Assembly (NCBI GenBank): GCA_037131775.1
Contig: JBAXQK010000001.1
Coordinates: 12,708 to 76,707, forward strand
Source of the DNA: Candidatus Uhrbacteria bacterium
Lineage (GTDB): Bacteria > Patescibacteriota > Patescibacteriia > UBA9934 > GWF2-40-263
Direction of reading: 5' to 3'
Length of the DNA stretch: 64,000 nt
In this document: piece by piece, positions 17,762-27,432 of the stretch
Layout: each line of letters starts with the position of its first letter
How positions within the stretch are numbered: the stretch's first letter is position 1
The notes under the pieces: generated by a model
The model's input: the letters and a program-made list of their open reading frames with translations, nothing else
The model's database searches: none
Told to the model about the DNA's origin: nothing
Program-made: the position numbers and the translations under genes

Positions 17762-19480
17762 ATGAAGAAGACGCTTTTTTCGCTTGTCGGCGGGTATAAG
17801 CCCCAAATTTTCCTGCTCGTGGCCCTCACCGTCGTAGCAAACGGTCTCAGCCTTGTCGTCCCAAAGGTTATCGCGGATGGAATCGACGGGTACGTTGCCG
17901 GTCATTTTGAGATGGGGAGGGTTCTGTCTGAGTTTACGCACGTTGCCCTCGGGATCTTCGTTTTTACCTACCTCCAAAACGTCGTTCAGACGTATGCATC
18001 CGAGCGCGTCGCCCGCGACCTTCGCGTCAGTCTCGCCGCGAAGATCTCGGAACAGGACTACGTCAGCGTCCAGCAGGCCACTTCCGCCAAGCTTCTCACC
18101 AACCTCACTTCGGACGTGGATTCGGTGAAGACCTTCGTGGCCCAGGCCGTATCCTCGATCATCTCGAGCGCCTTCCTCATCGTTGGCGCAAGCGTGCTCC
18201 TGCTTCTGATCGACTGGCAGCTGGCGCTTGTCGTTCTTCTTGTCGTCCCGGTCGTCGGCGGCACGTACTTCGTCGTCTTCGGAAAGGTTCGCAAGCTGTT
18301 TAAGAAATCGCAGGAGTCGATCGACGGGCTGAACAAGGTGATCAACGAGAGCATTCTCGGCTCCTCGCTCATTCGGCTTCTCAACGCCCAGCAAGTGGAA
18401 ACGTCCAAGTTCATGGCGGCCAACGCGGTCTCGAGGGACATCGGGATGAGCATTCTGCGCCTGTTCGCAAGCCTGATTCCGATCATTACCTTCGCGACGA
18501 CCGGCGCGACGGTCGCCATCCTCGTGCTTGGCGGACACTTCGTCATCTCGGGCGGCATGACGCTTGGCGGCTTCATGGCCTTCAACAACTACCTGGCGAT
18601 CCTCATCTTTCCGATCATGATTCTCGGCTTCATGAGCAACGTGATCGGCCAGGCCTCGGCCTCATACGCCCGCGTAACGGAGATGCTTGACAGGCCGGCG
18701 AGGAAATCGTCGGGCACGATCGCGGCGGAACCGGGCGGGGACGTCTCCCTCGATGGCGTCTCCGTTCGGTACGGTGAAAAGCTCGCCCTTAAGGACGTCT
18801 CATTCGTCGCGACGGCGGGCACGAGGACGGCGATCATCGGGCCGACCGCGGCGGGAAAGACTCAGCTGCTCTATCTCCTCACCGGTCTCATCGCGCCGGC
18901 CGACGGGACCGTTTCCTACGCGGGTCGTCCGCTCTCCGAGTACGATCCGACGAGCCTGCACCGCCAGGTCGCATTCGTGTTCCAGGACAGCATCCTCTTC
19001 AACCTGACTCTTCGGGAGAATATCGCCTTTGGAAAGACCGTCGATCCGGTGGATATGAAGCGCGCGATCGATACGGCGGAGCTGGACGAGTTCGTCGGGA
19101 CGTTGCCGGAGGGGCTTGAAACGGTCGTCAGCGAGCGCGGAACGAGTCTTTCGGGCGGGCAGAAGCAGCGCGTGATGCTGGCGCGGGCGTTGGCGCTGAA
19201 CCCGAGCGTCCTGCTTCTCGACGACTTTACGGCGCGCGTCGACGTGGACACCGAGCGACATATTCTCGCGAATGTCGGGAAGAACTATCCCGGCCTCACC
19301 CTGATCTCCGTCACGCAGAAGATCGCTTCCGCCGAGCATTTCGACCAGATCGTCCTCCTGATGGAAGGCGAGCTGCTCGCGCGCGGAGCCCATGCCGAGC
19401 TGATGGCGTCGTGCCCGGAGTACGTCCAGATCTTTGAATCACAGCGAAGCACCTCGTCCTATGAGCTACGTGCTGAATAA
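17762..19480 (+). CDS. ABC exporter, fused permease plus ATP-binding protein (half-transporter), first of a pair.
   Basis: Six TM helices, then GPTAAGKTQ Walker A, LSGGQKQRVMLARAL signature, LLLDDFTA Walker B. Confidence 0.8.
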   Translation: MKKTLFSLVGGYKPQIFLLVALTVVANGLSLVVPKVIADGIDGYVAGHFEMGRVLSEFTHVALGIFVFTYLQNVVQTYASERVARDLRVSLAAKISEQDYVSVQQATSAKLLTNLTSDVDSVKTFVAQAVSSIISSAFLIVGASVLLLLIDWQLALVVLLVVPVVGGTYFVVFGKVRKLFKKSQESIDGLNKVINESILGSSLIRLLNAQQVETSKFMAANAVSRDIGMSILRLFASLIPIITFATTGATVAILVLGGHFVISGGMTLGGFMAFNNYLAILIFPIMILGFMSNVIGQASASYARVTEMLDRPARKSSGTIAAEPGGDVSLDGVSVRYGEKLALKDVSFVATAGTRTAIIGPTAAGKTQLLYLLTGLIAPADGTVSYAGRPLSEYDPTSLHRQVAFVFQDSILFNLTLRENIAFGKTVDPVDMKRAIDTAELDEFVGTLPEGLETVVSERGTSLSGGQKQRVMLARALALNPSVLLLDDFTARVDVDTERHILANVGKNYPGLTLISVTQKIASAEHFDQIVLLMEGELLARGAHAELMASCPEYVQIFESQRSTSSYELRAE

Positions 19481-21263
19481 TGCGTCGTCCGCGCAGAAGA
19501 GCGGCCTCGGCGCCCTCGGACGGCTTAGCCCGTTCCTGGCGCGCGAAAAGCGCGACCTCTCGATCGCGTTCGCAAGCATCCTGGTGAACTCCGTCGCGAC
19601 GCTTGTCGCGCCGCTTATCATCGGATACGCCATCGACCACTTTATGCGAACGGGCGATTTTCGCGGCGTGCTTCTTTCCGCGCTCGCGTTGTTTTGCATC
19701 TCGCTCGTTGCTCTTTCCGCGAGCTACACGCAAACGATTCGCACGGGATCGGTCGGCCGTCGCGTGCTCTACAGCCTGCGTAACGAGCTGTTCCAGAAGC
19801 TGCAGGAGCTCCCGGTGGCCTTCTTCAACCAGAACAAGGTCGGCGACTTGATCTCGCGCATCAACAGCGACACCGACCTGCTGAGCCAGTTCTTTGCGCG
19901 CGTCCTCATGCAGTTCACCGGAAACTTCTTCATGATCGTCGGCGCCGGCATCTTCCTGCTGACGCTCAACGTCCGCCTGGGCGTCGCGGCGCTCGTTCCG
20001 GCGCTGATCGTCCTCGTCATCACGCGGCTCCTGTCGCCGTTGGTCAAGCGCAAGAACCTGGAGAGCCTTCAGACAGTGGGAGGAATGAGCGCCGAGATTC
20101 AGGAAAGCCTGGCAAACTTCAAGGTGATCGTGGCGTTCAACCGCATGGATTATTTCCGCGACTCGTTCAATGCCGCGAACGAGCGGAACTATCGCGCGTC
20201 CATCGGCGCCGGGCTCGCCAACAACGCGTTCACGCCAATCTACGCCCTGGCATCCAGCCTCGGGCAGCTCGTGGTGCTCGTCTACGGCATCTCGCTCATC
20301 GCCGGCGGAAGCGTCACGGTTGGCCTTCTCATCGGCTTTCTCCTGTACGTGAGCGCCTTCTACACTCCGCTCCGCCAGCTCGCCACCGTCTGGTCCACCC
20401 TCCAGCAGTCCCTCGCCGCCCTTGATCGCATCTCGGAAGTTCTCGCTCTCGAAACGGACCTTCGACTTCTCCCCATCCAGCAAGTTCCCCCTCCTCATAG
20501 GGAGGAGGGGATAGGGGTGGTCGACGAGGACGCTACGACGAGCGTCCCTGTCCTCGCATTCCACGCCGTCTCTTTCCGCTACCCCGACGGCAAGGACGTC
20601 CTCCAAAATGTGAACATCGTCCTCGCCCAAGGAAAAACATACGCCCTCGTCGGACCGACCGGCGGCGGCAAGACCACGACGGCGTCGCTGATGGCGCGCC
20701 TGTATGACCCAAGCGCGGGGACCGTCGAGCTGAGCGGACGCGACATCCGGTCGTTCGAGTCCGCGGATCGCACGAGAAAAATCGGGTTTATCCTGCAGGA
20801 GCCCTTCCTGTTCTCGGGGACGCTTCTCGATAATTTGTTTTATGGTCATCCGGACTTTGTCGATTCGTCGAAGGACGAACGCCGCGCCGCGCTCGTCGCG
20901 TCCGGTCTCGGCGACCTTCTTGCAAACTTCGACCAGGGCCTCGACACGCCGATCGAGACGAGCGGCGAGACGATCAGCCTCGGCCAGCGCCAGCTCGTGG
21001 CGTTCGTTCGCGCCGTGCTGCGAAAGCCGGAGATCCTCATTCTCGACGAGGCAACGGCAAATATCGACACGGTTACCGAGCAACTTCTCGAAAAGGCATT
21101 GGAAAAGCTCCCGCCGACCACGACCAAGGTCATCATCGCCCACCGGCTCAACACGATCGAGAACGCGGACGAGATCTTCTTTGTAAACGGCGGTGCCGTT
21201 CAGCCCGCCGGCTCGTTCGACCACGCGGTGGAGATGCTCATGCACGGCCGACGGACGAGCTAG
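19434..21263 (+). CDS. ABC exporter, fused permease plus ATP-binding protein, second of a likely heterodimeric pair.
   Basis: Six TM helices, GPTGGGKTT, LSLGQRQLVAFVRAVL, LILDEATA. Overlaps the preceding gene by 47 nt. Contains an in-frame hairpin insert near 20487-20510. Confidence 0.8.
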   Translation: MNHSEAPRPMSYVLNNASSAQKSGLGALGRLSPFLAREKRDLSIAFASILVNSVATLVAPLIIGYAIDHFMRTGDFRGVLLSALALFCISLVALSASYTQTIRTGSVGRRVLYSLRNELFQKLQELPVAFFNQNKVGDLISRINSDTDLLSQFFARVLMQFTGNFFMIVGAGIFLLTLNVRLGVAALVPALIVLVITRLLSPLVKRKNLESLQTVGGMSAEIQESLANFKVIVAFNRMDYFRDSFNAANERNYRASIGAGLANNAFTPIYALASSLGQLVVLVYGISLIAGGSVTVGLLIGFLLYVSAFYTPLRQLATVWSTLQQSLAALDRISEVLALETDLRLLPIQQVPPPHREEGIGVVDEDATTSVPVLAFHAVSFRYPDGKDVLQNVNIVLAQGKTYALVGPTGGGKTTTASLMARLYDPSAGTVELSGRDIRSFESADRTRKIGFILQEPFLFSGTLLDNLFYGHPDFVDSSKDERRAALVASGLGDLLANFDQGLDTPIETSGETISLGQRQLVAFVRAVLRKPEILILDEATANIDTVTEQLLEKALEKLPPTTTKVIIAHRLNTIENADEIFFVNGGAVQPAGSFDHAVEMLMHGRRTS

Positions 21264-21328
21264 GAGTTTGGGTGTATACTTCCGGCATAACCTTTAGCCA
21301 CCGACGACGACTGCCGCCGGCAATCCGT

Positions 21329-21925
21329 ATGTCTCAAACGATCGATAATCCGCCGTTTCTCCGCGACGCGCTTTCCGGGACCGGAGCTTGGACCTGGGTC
21401 TGGGCCGTCATTCGCGTTTATGTCGGCTACGAGTGGCTCACGGCCGGATGGCACAAGGTGACCAGTCCGGCGTGGACCTCGACGGGCGAGGCGCTGCGCG
21501 GGTTTTGGGAAAAGGCCGTCGCCGTCCCGGCTGCCCCCGCGAAGGCCGCGATCACGTACGAGTGGTACCGCGCGTTTATTCAGGCGCTCCTCGACGCGAA
21601 CGCGCACGTCTGGTTCGCCAAGCTCGTCGCGTTCGGAGAGCTTGCGGTGGGCGTTGGCCTCATTGTCGGCGCCTTCGTCGGAATCGCCGCGTTCTTCGGG
21701 GCGCTTATGAATTTCAACTTCATGCTCGCCGGAAGCGCGTCGACGAATCCGGTCCTGTTCCTTGGCGCGATCCTGCTGATGCTTGCGTGGAAGAACGCCG
21801 GCCATTGGGGCGCGGACCGATGGCTGCTCCCGTGGATCGGGACGCCGTGGAATCGCAAAAACTCCTATTCGAACGGACCGTCGAGCGTCGTCAGCGTCCA
21901 GGCATGCACGGGCCGCCAGGCGTAA
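21329..21925 (+). CDS. DoxX-like family integral membrane protein.
   Basis: Four hydrophobic helices with a Trp-rich N-terminus (WTWVWAVIRVYVGYEWL). Family assignment is from memory only. Confidence 0.4.
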   Translation: MSQTIDNPPFLRDALSGTGAWTWVWAVIRVYVGYEWLTAGWHKVTSPAWTSTGEALRGFWEKAVAVPAAPAKAAITYEWYRAFIQALLDANAHVWFAKLVAFGELAVGVGLIVGAFVGIAAFFGALMNFNFMLAGSASTNPVLFLGAILLMLAWKNAGHWGADRWLLPWIGTPWNRKNSYSNGPSSVVSVQACTGRQA

Positions 21926-21931
21926 AGGAAA

Positions 21932-21962
21932 TAAAAAAGCCAGTCGCGCGACTGGCTTTTTT
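21932..21962. terminator. Bidirectional rho-independent terminator: A7 GCCAGTCGCGCGACTGGC T6.
   Basis: Perfect 8-bp stem flanked by A and T tracts, between convergent genes. Confidence 0.55.
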
Positions 21963-21972
21963 CGTCGGTCGG

Positions 21973-22476
21973 TTACGGCTGTACCGAGATGTTCGCCGCG
22001 CCGCCTCCGTCGCAGGTGACCTGGAGGTCGCCAGTCTCGCTGGCGATGGCAAGCGCGTAATCGAGCGCTTTCAGCTTGTACGTGGCCGCCCCCATGGCAA
22101 TCACGTGCGCCTTGTCGTCGCGGTTGTCGAGCATCATGACCGAGCCTTTTTTCGCGACCATGCTGCCCGGGGTCCCGTGGCATGCCACGAACTGGAATCG
22201 CACGTCGCCGTACTCGTTGACCGCGTCGCCGTAGTTCAGCGGGACGTCGACCGCGAGGGTCTTGGGCTTGGGCGTCGACGCTGCCTCCGTCGGCACGGGA
22301 GCGGCCGCCTTCGCGCGATCCTCAGGAGAAAGGACCTCGGACCGGATCGAAAACAGCGATCCGAATCCCTCATGCTTCTTGGAGGTGTTTACCCACGCGA
22401 ACGCGGCGATGAGGACGACCGATATGATTGCGCCGACGGCGACGATGCGCTTCTGCCATGGGGTGAGGTTTTGCAT
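21973..22476 (-). CDS. Membrane-anchored hypothetical protein.
   Basis: N-terminal TM anchor followed by a soluble domain. No motif. Confidence 0.4.
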   Translation of the reverse strand: MQNLTPWQKRIVAVGAIISVVLIAAFAWVNTSKKHEGFGSLFSIRSEVLSPEDRAKAAAPVPTEAASTPKPKTLAVDVPLNYGDAVNEYGDVRFQFVACHGTPGSMVAKKGSVMMLDNRDDKAHVIAMGAATYKLKALDYALAIASETGDLQVTCDGGGAANISVQP

Positions 22477-22493
22477 GAGAGGGGAGACGTTTG

Positions 22494-22841
22494 TTAAATT
22501 TTGGGAATAAGTTCCTTTGACCTCATCGCCTGGCTGACGGCGCGGATGAGCTCGCGGACGACCGGGTTCTTGCGGTCCAGGCGGGAAAAGATTTTCTTGC
22601 CCGTGCGATTCTTGGTGAGCAGCTGGGCCTGGGCCAGCGCCTTGATGTGCTGGGAGGTGAGAGGGAGCGAAAGGTCGAGGATGGCGGCGATGGTGCTGAC
22701 CGATTCCTCCGGCGAGTCCGTGAGGATGCGGAAGATGCGGAGTCGCGTGACGTCGCCGAGCGCCTTGAACGCGGCGGCGATGCGCGCGTCGGTCTCGCCG
22801 AGCATCCGCCGCTTCTCCTGGAGTTCCTTCGGGGTGAGCAT
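22494..22841 (-). CDS. ArsR/SmtB-family winged-helix transcriptional regulator, lacking the metal-sensing Cys/His sites.
   Basis: LGDVTRLRIFRIL...STIAAILDLSLPLTSQHIKAL is a typical ArsR HTH. There is no alpha3 or alpha5 metal ligand set. Confidence 0.6.
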   Translation of the reverse strand: MLTPKELQEKRRMLGETDARIAAAFKALGDVTRLRIFRILTDSPEESVSTIAAILDLSLPLTSQHIKALAQAQLLTKNRTGKKIFSRLDRKNPVVRELIRAVSQAMRSKELIPKI

Positions 22842-22948
22842 AGATATTAATTAAATGGTCATTTAATTGTTTATACTAGACAGTGTAGCACGAATGGGGT
22901 ATGCTGTAAAGCAGACACGCCCGCCGCTTATTCACGCATGGTACCAGT

Positions 22949-23269
22949 ATGGGAAACGTTTTTAAGAAGGGCATGATTCTCGGAGGCATTCTTGCCGCGG
23001 TGGCAACGGTCGGCTTTGCCATGAGCAAGCCCGGGCAGGAGCTGTCGGAAGACTTGCAGAAAGACATCAAGACGCTCGCGAAGGACATCAAGAAACGCCT
23101 GCACAAGCTGCAGGACGTCACCAAGGAGGCGTATGACGAGACCGTCGTGGCCGTCGTGAAGGAATACGCGGCGCAGAAGCAGATGGCCAGCGACGCCCAG
23201 CAGCATCTGACCGCCGCGCTCGAGGCCATGTGGAACGAGACCGAGGCGCAATACAAGGCCGGGGAATAA
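22949..23269 (+). CDS. YtxH-like / DUF948-type small stress protein with an N-terminal TM helix and coiled coil.
   Basis: Hydrophobic N-terminus, then an acidic and basic-rich helical region. Confidence 0.4.
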   Translation: MGNVFKKGMILGGILAAVATVGFAMSKPGQELSEDLQKDIKTLAKDIKKRLHKLQDVTKEAYDETVVAVVKEYAAQKQMASDAQQHLTAALEAMWNETEAQYKAGE

Positions 23270-23302
23270 CCGCTCACTACTCACTACTCACCACAAACCA
23301 AT

Positions 23303-23455
23303 ATGTTGTACACCATCGCCGTCGTCCTGCTCATCCTCTGGCTCCTCGGCCTCGTCTCAGCCTACACGATCGGCGGGTTCATCCACGTCCTCCTGGTCGT
23401 GGCGATCATCCTGATCCTGATTCGCGTCATCCGGGGCGATAAGATCGTCATCTAG
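23303..23455 (+). CDS. lmo0937-family small membrane protein, 50 aa; absent from the ORF track because it is under 60 aa.
   Basis: MLYTIAVVLLILWLLGLVSAYTIGGFIHVLLVVAIILILIRVIRG matches the lmo0937/DUF1328-type consensus from memory. Confidence 0.55.
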   Translation: MLYTIAVVLLILWLLGLVSAYTIGGFIHVLLVVAIILILIRVIRGDKIVI

Positions 23456-23573
23456 GCACGCGCAAGCCACAGTTCACGCATCAGTCTCTCAGGGCTGAAC
23501 GGCCATGATGGCCGGAGTCGTTCGTCGCGGAATCGTGCCTCTGGCAGGATCGTCGACGGGCAGAGAAACGCCT

Positions 23574-24815
23574 ATGAAGACTCGCGGCAATCTCCTCGGA
23601 CCGGCCGCCATTCTTTCGATCGTCCTTGGCCTTGCCGGCCCGCTCGCCGCGCTTGCCGCTGGCCCATCGGTCATCTCGCTCGGGTCCGCGTCTCATTTCG
23701 CCCTCCTAGCGAAGGCCGGCATCTCAACGACCGGCACGACGTCCATCGTGGGCGACATCGGCGTCAGCCCGGCCGCGGCGACGTATCTGACCGGATTTTC
23801 TCTCGACCTTCCCGTCGGAAGTTCTTATTCCACGTCTCCGATCGTCGTTGGGAACGTCTACGCTCCTGGGTATGCGGACCCAACCCCGGCGAACCTGACT
23901 TCCGCGGTCGGCGCCATCGAGACGGCCTATAACGACGGCGCGGGCCGATCGAACCCGACGGCGACCGAGCTTGGCGCCGGAAACATCGGCGGGCTGACGA
24001 TTGCCCCGGGACTGTATTCCTGGGGAACGGCCGTCCTGATTCCGTCGAACGTGACGCTGTCCGGAACCGCGAATGACGTGTGGATCTTCCAGGTCGCCCA
24101 GACGCTTACCATGAGCGAGGGGACGAAGGTCGTTCTTTCCGGCGGAGCGCTCTCGAGCCATGTGTTCTGGATCGTCGCGGGCCAGACGACCATTGGCACG
24201 GGCGCGGACATCCAGGGAACGGTGCTCGACAAGACCGGAATCGTCTTCGCGACGGGCGCGGGCGGACACGGAAGCTATTTCGCGCAGACGGCCATCACGC
24301 TTGACGCGAACACGATCATCCCGCCGTCCGCCGTCGCGATCGTCTCCGAGCCGGTCGTCACGGCGGCTCCGGTCGTCGTGACGCAGGCTCCGGCGTCCCA
24401 CGCAACCTCGTCCGGGTCGACGGGTAGCGGATCTTCGTCGTCCGGGTCGTCCACGACCTCGACGACACCCGCCGCGGCTGCTCCGATCACGGTCGTCGCG
24501 CCGTCCCCGGTCGTGACGCACGACGTTCCGACCGCCCATGTTTACTCCGCGGTGCCGTCCGCCTCTTCCTCCGCGATGGCGGCCCTCGCCCACCTGTACG
24601 TTGTCGATCTCCGCTATGGATCGGATGGAGCGGACGTGACGGCCCTTCAGAAGTTTCTCGTGGCAAAGGCGCTTCTCGTCATGCCGAACGGGATCGCCTA
24701 CGGAACGTTCGGCCCGCGCACGCGAGCCGCGCTCCGAAGTCTCCAGGCCGGCTGGAGGCTGCCGGTCACGGGAATTCTCGACGCGATGACTCGCGCGGCA
24801 ATCAACCCGCGATAA
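23574..24815 (+). CDS. Secreted ice-binding-like (DUF3494) beta-helix protein with a C-terminal peptidoglycan-binding (PG_binding_1) domain.
   Basis: Signal peptide. LGSASHFALLAKAGISTTGTTSIVGDIGVSPAAATYLTGF is the DUF3494 start motif. Ser/Thr/Pro linker. C-terminus LRYGSDGADVTALQKFL...GTFGPRTRAALRSLQ. Confidence 0.6.
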   Translation: MKTRGNLLGPAAILSIVLGLAGPLAALAAGPSVISLGSASHFALLAKAGISTTGTTSIVGDIGVSPAAATYLTGFSLDLPVGSSYSTSPIVVGNVYAPGYADPTPANLTSAVGAIETAYNDGAGRSNPTATELGAGNIGGLTIAPGLYSWGTAVLIPSNVTLSGTANDVWIFQVAQTLTMSEGTKVVLSGGALSSHVFWIVAGQTTIGTGADIQGTVLDKTGIVFATGAGGHGSYFAQTAITLDANTIIPPSAVAIVSEPVVTAAPVVVTQAPASHATSSGSTGSGSSSSGSSTTSTTPAAAAPITVVAPSPVVTHDVPTAHVYSAVPSASSSAMAALAHLYVVDLRYGSDGADVTALQKFLVAKALLVMPNGIAYGTFGPRTRAALRSLQAGWRLPVTGILDAMTRAAINPR

Positions 24816-24903
24816 GCACGAATGCCGATTTGCAAAAGGACCGCCACGTGCTTGGCGGTCCTTTTGCATAGGCATGGCGCGGTCGTGCTATACTTCGGGA
24901 CAT

Positions 24904-25497
24904 ATGCAAAACGTCGTTCTCACGTCGAGCTTCTACGCGGTTGCCGACGATCTTTGCGAAACAGGTCTCATTCCGCCGTCCGGCGCGAACGTCGCGTTCA
25001 TCCCGACCGCGGCGGACCCGTACCCCGAGCGCCCATGGATCGACGCCGACCGTGCCGCGCTGGTTCGGATGGGTTACTCCGTCGTGGACGTCGATCTGAA
25101 AGATCGAACGACGGACGGTTTGCGCGACCTCTTGTCGACGGCCGACGTCCTGTTCGTCGCCGGCGGTAACACGACGTACCTCGCCGAATGGTCGCGCCGG
25201 TCCGGGTTCGGCGACATTGTCTGCGACCTGCTCCGTGACGGCAAGCTTTACGTCGGCTCCAGTGCCGGATCGATCCTCGCGGGACCGACCGTCGAGCCGT
25301 TCGCCGAAGAGGATGCCGCCGAGATGCCGCCCGGGTTCGTCGCGGACCACCCCGTCTGTCTCGGCCTGGTCGACTACGTCGTGTTGCCGCATGACGCGAC
25401 GTTTGCGGCGACGCATGACAAGATGGTCGCGAAGGACGGGGACCGATGGACGTTCGTGAGAATCACGGATAACGAGTATCGAGTCGAAACCGTATGA
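24904..25497 (+). CDS. Peptidase E-like (family S51) dipeptidase.
   Basis: FVAGGNTTYL and GSSAGSI Ser-nucleophile motifs, with a downstream conserved His region. Confidence 0.6.
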   Translation: MQNVVLTSSFYAVADDLCETGLIPPSGANVAFIPTAADPYPERPWIDADRAALVRMGYSVVDVDLKDRTTDGLRDLLSTADVLFVAGGNTTYLAEWSRRSGFGDIVCDLLRDGKLYVGSSAGSILAGPTVEPFAEEDAAEMPPGFVADHPVCLGLVDYVVLPHDATFAATHDKMVAKDGDRWTFVRITDNEYRVETV

Positions 25498-26093
25498 GCA
25501 AAGAAAACGTCGTCCTCCTGCACGGCCGGTTTCCCGAGCGCATCGACGGGGCGCTCATTGCGGACATACCGACGTGCGATCCGAACCACCCTGGAAACTG
25601 GATGGGTTGGACCAAGCAGGAGCTGATCAAACGTGGATACGATGCCGACTGCCCGGTAATCCGCGACGTGTGGAAATCCGCGTGGGAGGAGTGGAAGCGC
25701 CAGCTTGACGCGGTTCGCGTCGACGAGGGGACGACGCTGGTCGGATGGAGCCAGGGAGGATATGCCGTGCTCCGCTATCTCGGAGAGACGGGAAAGAAGG
25801 TCAAGCGCGTCATCCTCGTTGCGCCCGGAGCTCCAAAGATGGATCGAGACGAGCCGGAGAAGCTGTTTCCGAACGAGGAAGAGAATTACGAGTACCCGAT
25901 CACGCCTGCCCTCACGGCGCAAATCCGCGACCGGGTAGAGATTATCGTGTCCAACGACTTCGACTTCATCCTGCGCGCCGTGGACTTTTACGAGAAGACG
26001 CTGAACGCGAATGTGATCCGTCTCGACGGTCTTGGCCACTTCTCATTCCTGATCCCGACGCTTCCCGAGCTCCTCGAACACGTTCTCGCCTAG
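25494..26093 (+). CDS. Alpha/beta hydrolase of the RBBP9/YdeN type.
   Basis: LVGWSQGG GxSxG nucleophile elbow. C-terminal DFI...GHF supplies the Asp/His triad candidates. Confidence 0.5.
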   Translation: MSKENVVLLHGRFPERIDGALIADIPTCDPNHPGNWMGWTKQELIKRGYDADCPVIRDVWKSAWEEWKRQLDAVRVDEGTTLVGWSQGGYAVLRYLGETGKKVKRVILVAPGAPKMDRDEPEKLFPNEEENYEYPITPALTAQIRDRVEIIVSNDFDFILRAVDFYEKTLNANVIRLDGLGHFSFLIPTLPELLEHVLA

Positions 26094-27370
26094 CTGGCAA
26101 GGACCGCCGCGGCCGCCGCGGTCCCGGTCGCGATCGCCGTCTCGATCGACGGTGCGCCGAGGAAATCGCCGGCGAAGTAGTGGCCGTTCGTGCCCTGCGC
26201 ATCACGGACGGATTTGACGAACGCCTCCTGGGATACGGGCATCGTCTTCGTCCAATGGACGGTGTCGACGATTTTCACGAGCGTTCGTCCGGGAAAGATC
26301 CGCGCGATTTCGGACCGTATGATCTCGTTCGTTTCGTCGTCGGAGAGGGCGCGATCCCTGCCCCGGATGATCACATTGACCATGACGCACTCCGCGAGCG
26401 ACGGGCCGTAGAGGGACGCCAGATTGATGGCGGACAGCGTTTCCTGCGATGCCGACTCGTTCGGCGCATAGAACGCCGCGCCCCATTCCCTGGTGTTCGC
26501 GATGATCGGCGTCGTGTCGAGCTCGACCGCGGCCGTGACGAAGTGCGTGTACCAGCAGTCGGGAATCACGTCCGGCAGGATCTCGCGATACAGATCGTCC
26601 GAGACGGTTTGGGCGAACACGATCGCGTCGGACGCAAACGTCCCGGCGTCCGTCCGGATCGTTTGCCCGTCGACCGCGACCACCGGCGAAGAGACGTGGA
26701 TCCGCCCCCCGAGCGCCACGATTTCCTTCGCGAGGGCATCGACGAGGACCGCGATCCCGTCGGGGAAGAACGACGTGGTCCGGATGTCGCCGTGGACCTT
26801 TACCTGGCGGACGATGGGGGCCATGAACGCCGCCTTGGTCTCCGTGACCGGCCCGTAGCAGTATCCCTGGTTCACCGTGTCAAAGAACGTCTCGTACGGC
26901 CCGGCGTGCCCGTCCGTCCCAAGGGTCGATCGCAAATAGGCGGACACCGTCATTCCGCCGAATCGGTCGAGGTCGGGCGCGGCAAGGTTCGGCTTGGGCA
27001 GCAGCTGGAAGAACGACTTGCCCCAAATCTTCAGGCCGTCGGCGACGGAGAACGGGACGTCCTCCTCCTTGGTGGCGATCCCGCTTCGGTCGAGAAAATA
27101 ATAGATGTCGCTCAGCGGCGTCTTTGCAAGCCGATCCTCCAGGCCCATGTCACCGAGCAGGCGGTGGGTTTCCTCGTACCACGGGTAAATGAGGAATCCG
27201 CCGAAATCGACGGGCTGCCCTCGGACCGGGCGGCATTGCACGCGCCCGCCAAGGAGGGGCTCGGACTCGAATAGGTCGACCTCGACATTTTTCCCTAGCA
27301 AAAGACGATAGGCCGCGCTTAGCCCCGCAAGTCCTCCGCCGACCACGATGACGCGTTTGAGATGTTCCAT
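26090..27370 (-). CDS. FAD-dependent oxidoreductase (amine oxidase / protoporphyrinogen or phytoene desaturase-like).
   Basis: N-terminal Rossmann motif VIVVGGGLAGLSAAYRL...LFES.PLLGGR. Start set at MEHLKRV (27370). The upstream part of the track ORF has no homology-like features. Confidence 0.65.
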   Translation of the reverse strand: MEHLKRVIVVGGGLAGLSAAYRLLLGKNVEVDLFESEPLLGGRVQCRPVRGQPVDFGGFLIYPWYEETHRLLGDMGLEDRLAKTPLSDIYYFLDRSGIATKEEDVPFSVADGLKIWGKSFFQLLPKPNLAAPDLDRFGGMTVSAYLRSTLGTDGHAGPYETFFDTVNQGYCYGPVTETKAAFMAPIVRQVKVHGDIRTTSFFPDGIAVLVDALAKEIVALGGRIHVSSPVVAVDGQTIRTDAGTFASDAIVFAQTVSDDLYREILPDVIPDCWYTHFVTAAVELDTTPIIANTREWGAAFYAPNESASQETLSAINLASLYGPSLAECVMVNVIIRGRDRALSDDETNEIIRSEIARIFPGRTLVKIVDTVHWTKTMPVSQEAFVKSVRDAQGTNGHYFAGDFLGAPSIETAIATGTAAAAAVLAS

Positions 27371-27432
27371 GGATGGAAGTATACACGCATTCAGGGCTTG
27401 TTTGGAAACGGTTTTTGAGGTAGAGTCCGGCC

